From Pyrinomonadaceae bacterium (GTDB lineage Bacteria > Acidobacteriota > Blastocatellia > Pyrinomonadales > Pyrinomonadaceae), in assembly GCA_046313635.1 (NCBI GenBank), contig JBKBYA010000002.1, forward strand, positions 224,001 through 288,000: a DNA stretch of 64,000 nt, given 5' to 3'. The position numbers and the translations under genes were made by a program. Positions within the stretch are counted from its first letter, which is position 1. Each line of letters opens with the position of its first letter. Under the pieces are notes generated by a model, which did not search any database, was not told the origin of the DNA, and worked only from the letters and a program-made list of their open reading frames with translations. Shown here piece by piece: positions 32,147 to 39,457 of the stretch.

Positions 32147-33241
32147 TCAAACCTCGAACTCGGCAAAGACCGCGGCGTGATCCGACGCCTGCGTGACCTT
32201 GTTCGTGACCTCGGGAAAGGTCGGGTTGTTCTTTCTGAATATGCCGCGGCGCTCGACGCCGACATTCTTGAGCCCGGCGGCGATCGGCCGCGAGACGAGC
32301 AGATAGTCGATCTGGAGCTTGCCGCCGTCGTAAGTCCAACGCGGGCCCGAGATCGTCGAGAGGACGTCGATCAGACCGGGCATACCAAGGAGCTTTGCGA
32401 GCGGCTTGCTCGACGGCGTGTCGTTGAGATCGCCGGCGACGACGACCAGCTCGGCCGTCAGATCGTATGACGCGAGGATATCGACGATGCGGTCGGCCTG
32501 GCGCTTTCGTTTTGCGTCGCTCGAGGCAGGCGAGCCGTAGCCTTTGCTCTTGAGATGGTTGCAGAGCACGTGCAGGGGCCTGCCCGCGCCTATATCCAGC
32601 GAGTACTCGGCGCAGTCGCGGCTGAATATCCGATACGATCTGCCGTTGCTCGACTTGTAGCTGTCGTCGATGTGCGAGCGGATCTTTGCGATCGGAAAGC
32701 GCGACAGCAGGCCGACGTCGATGCCGCGCTCGTCGTTGCCGTCGATGAGCATCGCGTGCGGATATTCGATCTTTTCCTTGCGCAGCAGCTGCTCGTTAAA
32801 GCGGCGAAGCGCGATGCGGTCGTCGACCTCGACGACGCAGAGCACGTCGGCGTCGACGGCCTTGATCACTCGAGCCGTGTTTTGGATGCTGATCTCGTTG
32901 GTGCACTGCTTGATCAGCTCTACCCAGCCGAGCCAGTCGCCGCGGCCCCTGGCCTTTAGCACGACGCCCGAGCCGTCCTGCTTGCGGCCGAAGAGCTTTT
33001 CGCGGACCTCGTTGATGCGGAACCAGGGATTCTCGGGCTGCTCGTGAAAGTACTTGTTGAGTATCGCGACGATCCTTTCGCCTGTCTCGCCCGCGTAGGA
33101 CGCACTCTCGAGCAGCGACTGAAGATCGGCGACGTCCTTTAAGACCTCGCGTCCCGTTGCGCTGAACCCCTCGAGCTCCATCACGCGCGGCCGCTCAAAG
33201 AGGTTGTTGACGTTGAACGTCCCGATCCTAATGGTCTTCAT
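32147..33241 (-). CDS. Endonuclease/exonuclease/phosphatase (EEP, DNase I-like) family protein
   Basis: ATG 33241 with GGAGA RBS; RIGTFNVNNLF, DVLCVVEV, GIDVGLLSR, NHLKSK, VAGDLND, IDYLLVS, ASDHAAV. Confidence 0.88.
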   Translation of the reverse strand: MKTIRIGTFNVNNLFERPRVMELEGFSATGREVLKDVADLQSLLESASYAGETGERIVAILNKYFHEQPENPWFRINEVREKLFGRKQDGSGVVLKARGRGDWLGWVELIKQCTNEISIQNTARVIKAVDADVLCVVEVDDRIALRRFNEQLLRKEKIEYPHAMLIDGNDERGIDVGLLSRFPIAKIRSHIDDSYKSSNGRSYRIFSRDCAEYSLDIGAGRPLHVLCNHLKSKGYGSPASSDAKRKRQADRIVDILASYDLTAELVVVAGDLNDTPSSKPLAKLLGMPGLIDVLSTISGPRWTYDGGKLQIDYLLVSRPIAAGLKNVGVERRGIFRKNNPTFPEVTNKVTQASDHAAVFAEFEV

Positions 33242-33299
33242 TGGTCTCCGGCGGCCGTCTCCTCGACGGGCCGCGTCAGCTCGCCGGCCCGCCCATTCG

Positions 33300-34091
33300 T
33301 CAAAGGGTGACGCCGTATGCCTCGGGAAAGAACGCGGCGTTGATATAGGCCTCGGTCGCGTAGCCGAAGCCTTTGTCGCCCCACGTTTTTCCCCAACTGT
33401 TTCGGATGATGAATCGCCCGTCGGCGCGGTAGCCGACGACCGCGACGGCATGACCGCCGGCGGCCGTTCGAGGCTTGAAGGTGTCGAGCAGCCCGCGGGT
33501 GGCGGTCGCGTTGTTCCAGGTCGAGTCGACATTTAGTGCGACGAGCAGCGGGCCCTTGCCGGCGAGCCAGGTCCTCCATTGGCGGAGGTCCTTGAAGAGA
33601 TTGAAATAGCTCGCGATCTTGAGCTGCGCGGCCGTGGCGTAAAACGTGTCTGTCTCGTCGCGATAGAGCTTGGCGTTGTCGAAAGGCAGCATACTGTCTT
33701 TGACGGCGCCGTACTTGCGGGCGATGTCGACGGCGGCCTTAAGGCTGGTGCCGTCGCTGTCGATGAACGTCGTCGGACGGTCGGTGAACTCGTCGGTCTC
33801 CTTTGCCGCCATCCAGATGAATCTCGGTGAGAGCGGCTCGTTGTTCTTGATCTTTTTGGCCTTTACAAAGTGCCATCTCAGCACGCCCTCGGCCGTCGCC
33901 CAGCCGACGCATGCGCCGGTATCGGCCTGCTCGCCGACCTTCCACCAGTCGGCGCGCAGGTCGACGCTCGACGGCAGCGATGCCGGTGCCCTAAGTACAC
34001 CTGCCCCGACGGCATTGCTGATGCGCCAATCGTCCTGGGTGTCGCGTGACGGCACGATGTTGACGATCCTTTTTATCTTTTTACGCGGCAT
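33300..34091 (-). CDS. Papain-family (C1) cysteine peptidase, no signal peptide
   Basis: LPSSVDLR, QADTGACVGWA (oxyanion Gln and catalytic Cys), GGHAVAVVGY (His), IIRNSWGKTWGDKGFG (Asn); GAGGAG RBS. Confidence 0.9.
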   Translation of the reverse strand: MPRKKIKRIVNIVPSRDTQDDWRISNAVGAGVLRAPASLPSSVDLRADWWKVGEQADTGACVGWATAEGVLRWHFVKAKKIKNNEPLSPRFIWMAAKETDEFTDRPTTFIDSDGTSLKAAVDIARKYGAVKDSMLPFDNAKLYRDETDTFYATAAQLKIASYFNLFKDLRQWRTWLAGKGPLLVALNVDSTWNNATATRGLLDTFKPRTAAGGHAVAVVGYRADGRFIIRNSWGKTWGDKGFGYATEAYINAAFFPEAYGVTL

Positions 34092-34117
34092 TCCGCCCTC
34101 CTCACGTTCTGGTCGGC

Positions 34118-35365
34118 CTATTTGGCCGAGCTAAGCAGGATCTCGCTGAATCGGCGGCCGATGTCCGCGATCCTCGACGCCTGATCGCTGCCGTTGATGA
34201 TCGCCCGCGCGCCCTCGAAATCGGCCGTGCCGTCGGGCTTGAAATATTGTTCGAGCCGCCGGCCGGTAAACCATCCGTCGATCATCCCTTGGACGGCGAT
34301 ACGGTAGGCCAGATCGCGATCCTTGGACCGGTCGGGTTCGGTGATGAGATCGACGCCGGTGAGAGCGCGGGCCTTAGCATAATTTCGCCGGCCCGTGAGC
34401 TGGACGTAGCCGCGGCCGTGAAAGCGCGCTCCGTCGCCGGGCTGCGTATTGCCGAGCATCTTGCCGACCCTTGTGTGCGGCCCGTAGCGTTTGTTGAAGT
34501 AAGCGTCGCCGCCCCGTTCGTCGATCGGCTCAAACGTATGGGCGGTCTCCCATTTGAAGGTCGCCAGGCAGTAGGCGAGCTTGCGGCGGTCGGTGTCGGT
34601 ATTGCCGAATCGGTCGTCGGCTTCGACGCGGCCGAGCAGGTACTCAAGCGCGTCGACGAGCGGCTGTGTCAGTGGCCCGAATGTCGCTCGATAGCCGTCA
34701 AAGAACTTTTTGCGGTCGAATGAGAATCGGGGGGCTGCCGACGAGACTGCGGAGCGAGCGGCGGCGATGCCGTTCGACTCGGCCGGCTGAGCTCCAGCTG
34801 GCCACTCTTTGAGAATGCAAACGGTCAGCGGCCGCTTGTTCATCCAGTTCAGCCACTCGAGAAACTTCTTTTGATTTGCGGTCACGAGACAGGCGACCGA
34901 CCAGTTCTTGATGACGGTCGAGTCGACGCCCGCGCGATGGACGTTCGCCGCGATGACGTCGTCGTATTCGGCTCCGATCTCCTCGCAGCGCTCGTTGCGG
35001 TTGTTGTCGCGAAAGTACGGAAATCCCTTGACCTGCCGGTAGGCGGGCTTGCCCTTGTGCAGCCCGTACGCGTGCGAGCCGTAAACGATGACGTCCGACT
35101 TGAGCACCGCGCATCCGAGGTGGTTGTACTCGTCAAAATGCTTTAGGCCGTAGGAGCCCGCGTTCGTCGTACCGTTGCGGGCCATAATGAATTTCGGCGG
35201 CCTGGCATCGCCGTAGCATTCGTAAGTGAACGCCTTGTCGTCAAACGAATCGTAGGCGTCGGCGGCCGATCTGATCCAAACGTCCAAAGGCCCGTTAGGG
35301 AACCCCTTGAATGTCGGCAGACTCGCCACGCGGTCGAGAACCTCTTTGTCTGTAAACGTACGCAT
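34118..35365 (-). CDS. Two-domain putative peptidoglycan hydrolase: N-terminal His/Cys (YkuD/L,D-transpeptidase-like) phage-type domain plus C-terminal GH19 lysozyme/chitinase domain
   Basis: C-terminal LAYCLATFKWETAHTF.PIDE, GNTQPGDGARFHGRGYVQLTGRRNY and ARAIING indicate GH19. N-terminal ANVHRAG...NWSVACLV gives H-x15-C. Ala-rich linker between the domains. Confidence 0.75.
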   Translation of the reverse strand: MRTFTDKEVLDRVASLPTFKGFPNGPLDVWIRSAADAYDSFDDKAFTYECYGDARPPKFIMARNGTTNAGSYGLKHFDEYNHLGCAVLKSDVIVYGSHAYGLHKGKPAYRQVKGFPYFRDNNRNERCEEIGAEYDDVIAANVHRAGVDSTVIKNWSVACLVTANQKKFLEWLNWMNKRPLTVCILKEWPAGAQPAESNGIAAARSAVSSAAPRFSFDRKKFFDGYRATFGPLTQPLVDALEYLLGRVEADDRFGNTDTDRRKLAYCLATFKWETAHTFEPIDERGGDAYFNKRYGPHTRVGKMLGNTQPGDGARFHGRGYVQLTGRRNYAKARALTGVDLITEPDRSKDRDLAYRIAVQGMIDGWFTGRRLEQYFKPDGTADFEGARAIINGSDQASRIADIGRRFSEILLSSAK

Positions 35366-35404
35366 CGTTCTAATTCGGATCGTGTATGATCGTCCCGCGG
35401 CCGG

Positions 35405-36046
35405 CTACAGCCGAACGCGTACCCGGAGCTTGCCTTCGATCAGCTTGCCCGCGAGCGGAAAGTCCCGCACGGTCTGACCGTCGTCGAGGCCGTAATTGTC
35501 AAAATCGAATCCGGAGTGAGAATGCGAAAAGAGCAGGTCGTCGGCACTGTCGCGGAAAAATTGCGGAATGACCGTCGTCACCGCTCCCATCAGGCTGCCG
35601 AGCAGCGGGCTCGTGACGGCCGCCGACGTCTTGAGTCGGTCCACGGCCGACGATACGTGCTTGTCGTCGAGGACCTTCTTCAGCTTGTCGGCAAATCGCC
35701 TGTGATTGTCGTCGCTCTCGATGACAAAAAGCTGCAGGGCGAAAAAGCCGTTTGGATCAAGGTCGGAATAGATCATGATGCCGCTGCCCGAGAGCGACGC
35801 CTTGGGAAAGGACCTTGTTACGTGGAATATGTTTGAGACCGACGCGAGCATGAACTTGAACGCGTCCTTATCGGCGAGGCCGCCGACCATCGCCGGCAGG
35901 CTCTTGTTTGCCCCGCCGATGATCTCGGTCTCGCTGTTTTGCTTGATGTTGAGATCGCTGGCAAAGGCGAGGACGTAAATATCGCGGGAGTCGTCGGCCT
36001 TTGGCGACAGACCCAACTCGGGGATCGATACGATCAGCTTTGGCAT
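35405..36046 (-). CDS. Hypothetical protein (213 aa), first gene of the hydrolase operon
   Basis: Coding-like ORF starting MPKLIVSIPEL; beta-rich with an apolar segment AAVTSPLLGSLMGAVTTVIPQFF; no family recognised. Confidence 0.7.
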   Translation of the reverse strand: MPKLIVSIPELGLSPKADDSRDIYVLAFASDLNIKQNSETEIIGGANKSLPAMVGGLADKDAFKFMLASVSNIFHVTRSFPKASLSGSGIMIYSDLDPNGFFALQLFVIESDDNHRRFADKLKKVLDDKHVSSAVDRLKTSAAVTSPLLGSLMGAVTTVIPQFFRDSADDLLFSHSHSGFDFDNYGLDDGQTVRDFPLAGKLIEGKLRVRVRL

Positions 36047-36629
36047 TCCGACGGCCTCACATTCAAGAATCAAGGTTGCCGCTCACAGAGCTGCGGCGTC
36101 GGGACAGCAGGGCCAGTGTCGAGCGCTCGCGAAAGAGCGATGGACGGAACGGGCGGCAGCACGAGTCGGCGATGTAGATGAGGGGGGCGTACGCCGGAGC
36201 CGAGGGTCGATGCCCTGAACGATCCGATGCTGAAATGCGACGAAGCACCGCGGCAGCGTAGCCGCCTGGCTCGGGCTGCCATTGGCGGCCGCGGTCGTTC
36301 ATCGCGTTGACAATCGTCGGGCCAGGTCATCACGGGTCTTCCATGATCGGAGAGACCTGACCCTTCAACAGGAGAGAAACTGCCCGGCTTGCTCGATAAA
36401 CTGCTACGTCGAAGAGAAGAGAACATCCGGCCAGCGGCCGGCAAAGGAAAGCACTTTCCCAATAACGCGGATCTCCGCTTGATAGCGGCGAAACCGAATT
36501 TTGATCAGATTTTTCCTCTACCTATATAACGCGACGAAACGGTTCACGAGCTATCATTCGGAGCCGATCGTAACCGCCCGTGCGGCAGCCGTTGTCGCGT
36601 CGCAGAAGACCCGCCGGCGTGCGGCGGGA

Positions 36630-38165
36630 TCACCGAATGCGGAGATACTCGTCGAGAGCGATCGCGTTGTAATACTCGACCGGTGCGACCTCGTCGGTCA
36701 GCGGAGCGATATCGACAGCGGGAAGATGTCGGCGATGAGAAAGTAGTTGGTCGATGAGCTCGTCCGGCGCCGGTGCGGGCCTGCCGCCGTCCTTTCGCGC
36801 GGCGACGATCAGGTTTTGAAGCCGCCCGGAGGGATAGTCCGGATGCACCTGAAAAAGCTCGACCGTCGAGAAGACGCTCAGGTATGTCGCGAGCTCGGCG
36901 CCGAGAAACTCGCTGCCCGGCCCTTCGATCGCCGAACCGAGATTCAGTATCACGACACCGCCGGGTCGAAGGACGCGTCGGATCTCTGCGACCGCCTCAC
37001 GCGTCGTCAAATGCGGCGGAATGCTGAAGAGCGAGCCGAATGCGTCGATCAGCACCGCGTCGTAGCCCGCGTCGGGAGCGTTGTTGAGAAACGTTCGGCC
37101 GTCCTCGTGGTATATGCGCATTCGCGGGTCGTCGCGCAGCCTGAAGTGCATGCGTGCGAGCTCGGTCATTCGAGGGTCGATCTCGACGACGTCGATCGTC
37201 GCCGACGGATACGACCTGAGAAACTCTCTTGGAAAGGTATAGCCCGCGCCGCCGATCATCAATGCATTAGTAAAGTCGGGCGTGTAATGCCGCACGAGGT
37301 GATAGAAGCGATTGTGCGGCAGGACAAGTTCGTCGCTGTCCAGAAACACGGCCGACTGCGTGATGTAGGGATCGGTCGCGAGAGCGCGGATCGGCCGGCC
37401 CGTGGCGGGATCGGCGGTCGTAAAGATCCGCACGCGGCTGTATTCGGTGTCGACGTCAACCAGCCCCGCCGACCGTGCGAGCGACCAGGAGGCCGCCTCG
37501 CTGGCGGCGAGCGACAGCACGAAGAGCAAGAGTGTGCCGACGCTCGTTTGAGTGACCTTTATCGGAGCGAGCGAGAGCGCGATGGCAAAGACGGCGGCGG
37601 CGATCAGATAGAGCGTCCGTGTGCTGCCGACGAAGGGAACGAGCACAAAGCCGGCCGCGAATGTGCCGAGGATGCTGCCGACGGTCGAGAGCGCGTAGAG
37701 TCGCCCGACCGTGCGTCCCGAGTCTGAGATCCCGGTAAGTCTGAGCCTCGCCGCGTACGGCGTGACAAACCCGAAGCAAACGCTGGCCGGGGCAAACAAG
37801 AGTATCGCGACGAGCACGGCCTTGGCCTCGATCGGCACGGGGAGCCCGCCGACGATCGAGGCGACGACATCCTTGACGAGTATCGTAAGCGAGACGGCCC
37901 CGCCGGCCAGGAGCAGTACAAAGGCAAGTACTCTCGCGTCGGGCCTGCGGTCGGCGAGACGGCCGCCATACCAATAACCGAGACTCAGGCTGCCGAGAAT
38001 GACGCCGATGAGACTCGTCCAAACGTATGTCGACGTGCCAATAAAAGGCGCGACGACACGCGAACCGACGATCTCATAGATCATCACAACGGCGCCCGAG
38101 ACAAATACGGCGACGTCGATTACCAGAGGTGCGAGCCGCGAACGCATCGCTTGAATATTCATCAT
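36630..38165 (-). CDS. Fused membrane (MFS-like)/spermidine-synthase-like SAM-binding protein
   Basis: N-terminal TM block (VMIYEIVGSRVVAPFIG, GRLYALSTVGSILGTF); C-terminal ALMIGGAG, VVEIDP, EDGRTFL, YDAVLIDAF. Alternative start 38147. Confidence 0.85.
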   Translation of the reverse strand: MMNIQAMRSRLAPLVIDVAVFVSGAVVMIYEIVGSRVVAPFIGTSTYVWTSLIGVILGSLSLGYWYGGRLADRRPDARVLAFVLLLAGGAVSLTILVKDVVASIVGGLPVPIEAKAVLVAILLFAPASVCFGFVTPYAARLRLTGISDSGRTVGRLYALSTVGSILGTFAAGFVLVPFVGSTRTLYLIAAAVFAIALSLAPIKVTQTSVGTLLLFVLSLAASEAASWSLARSAGLVDVDTEYSRVRIFTTADPATGRPIRALATDPYITQSAVFLDSDELVLPHNRFYHLVRHYTPDFTNALMIGGAGYTFPREFLRSYPSATIDVVEIDPRMTELARMHFRLRDDPRMRIYHEDGRTFLNNAPDAGYDAVLIDAFGSLFSIPPHLTTREAVAEIRRVLRPGGVVILNLGSAIEGPGSEFLGAELATYLSVFSTVELFQVHPDYPSGRLQNLIVAARKDGGRPAPAPDELIDQLLSHRRHLPAVDIAPLTDEVAPVEYYNAIALDEYLRIR

Positions 38166-38207
38166 AAAAAAACTGCAGCCCTGCTTTGCCGAAACAAAAC
38201 AGGGCTG
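38166..38207 (-). terminator. Intrinsic terminator of ilvE
   Basis: Stem cagccctg / cagggctg with an A7 run at 38166-38172 that reads as a T tract on the minus strand. Confidence 0.6.
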
Positions 38208-38232
38208 TCAATCGAGGATCGGTGCGGTCAGC

Positions 38233-39222
38233 CTAGGCTACTGCCGTTTTTTTTTCGCCCGTATCGTGAATGTACGTCAGCCAGTCCGCACCGTGAGGAG
38301 CGGGCCGCTGCGCGAGGATGACCTTGAAAAATTCTTCCTGCAGGGTCTTGGTCAGCTCCCCGCGCTTGCCCGAGCCGACGGTGATGCGGTCGACCGAGCG
38401 GATAGGCGTGATCTCGGCCGCAGTCCCGGTGAGAAAGACCTCGTCGGCGAGATATAGAGCCGAGCGCTGAATGGACGTCTCGATCACCTCGACGCCCATC
38501 TCGCGAGCGATCTGGATGATCGAGTCGCGCGTGATGCCCGGCAATACCGAAGCTCCGAGCGGCGGCGTGTAGAGCTTGCCGCCGTTGACCAAAAAGATGT
38601 TCTCGCCCGAGCCCTCCGAGACCATTCCGCGGTCGTCGAGAGCGATGCCCTCCGAGAAGCCGCCGAGCAGCGCCTCCATCTTGATGAGCTGCGAATTCAT
38701 ATAATTCGCGCCGGCCTTTGCCATCGCGGGCAGCGAGTTTGACGTGATCCGCGTCCAGCTCGAGACGCAGACGTCGATGCCGTTCTCGAGGGCCTCTTCG
38801 CCGAGGTACTTGCCCCACTGCCAAACGGCGATATAGCAATCGATCGGATTGGGAAACGGGTTAACGCCAAATGCGGGTTTTTCTTCGTCGAGACCGCGAA
38901 AGACGATCGGCCGGATGTAGCACTCCTCGAGTCCGCTCTCGCGGATCAGCTCGACCGTCGCGTCGCAAAATTCGTCGCGGCCGAAAGGCGGGTCCATTCG
39001 ATAGATCTTGGCCGAGTTGACCAGCCGCTGCATGTGCTCTCTGAGCCGAAACACGGCCGGGCCGTTGACGGTGTTGTAGCAGCGAATGCCTTCAAACACA
39101 CTTGAGCCGTAGTTTACGACATGGGACATCACGTGGATGCGCGCGGCTTCCCAGTCGATCAGTTCGCCATTTTTCCAGACCTTCGGTGAGATCTTCATGG
39201 TGGCTACATCTTTTCCTGCCAT
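38233..39222 (-). CDS. ilvE: Branched-chain amino acid aminotransferase
   Basis: [52 protein letters not shown]. Confidence 0.95.
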   Translation of the reverse strand: MAGKDVATMKISPKVWKNGELIDWEAARIHVMSHVVNYGSSVFEGIRCYNTVNGPAVFRLREHMQRLVNSAKIYRMDPPFGRDEFCDATVELIRESGLEECYIRPIVFRGLDEEKPAFGVNPFPNPIDCYIAVWQWGKYLGEEALENGIDVCVSSWTRITSNSLPAMAKAGANYMNSQLIKMEALLGGFSEGIALDDRGMVSEGSGENIFLVNGGKLYTPPLGASVLPGITRDSIIQIAREMGVEVIETSIQRSALYLADEVFLTGTAAEITPIRSVDRITVGSGKRGELTKTLQEEFFKVILAQRPAPHGADWLTYIHDTGEKKTAVA

Positions 39223-39398
39223 ACGATTTTAATAACTCCAGATTTTATTATTTAAGACTCGGTCCGGGGCAAGCGTCTTATAGGTATCTCAAAGAAAATG
39301 CGCTCGATTCGCGATCTTGATGTACGGGTTTCGAGCACGTTTCAAGAATATTACAAGGGCAGGGCAAGCGCAATCACGAGGCCCATGGCCCTTCGGAC

Positions 39399-39430
39399 AA
39401 AAAAAGCGGCGGCAAAAGCATGCCGCCGCT
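39399..39430 (-). terminator. Intrinsic terminator
   Basis: 10-bp stem agcggcggca / tgccgccgct preceded by an A tract on the plus strand. Confidence 0.75.
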
Positions 39431-39457
39431 ATCTGGTAGATCGTCGATCCGGCCGCG

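Noticed and set aside
33242..33532. N-terminal extension of the EEP ORF overlapping the C1 peptidase
   Set aside because: The family motif starts at MKTIRIGTFN with an RBS at 33241, and the extension is low-complexity. Similar over-extended starts were trimmed for 4269, 42103, 44547, 46993, 47303, 48134, 49996 and 62854.
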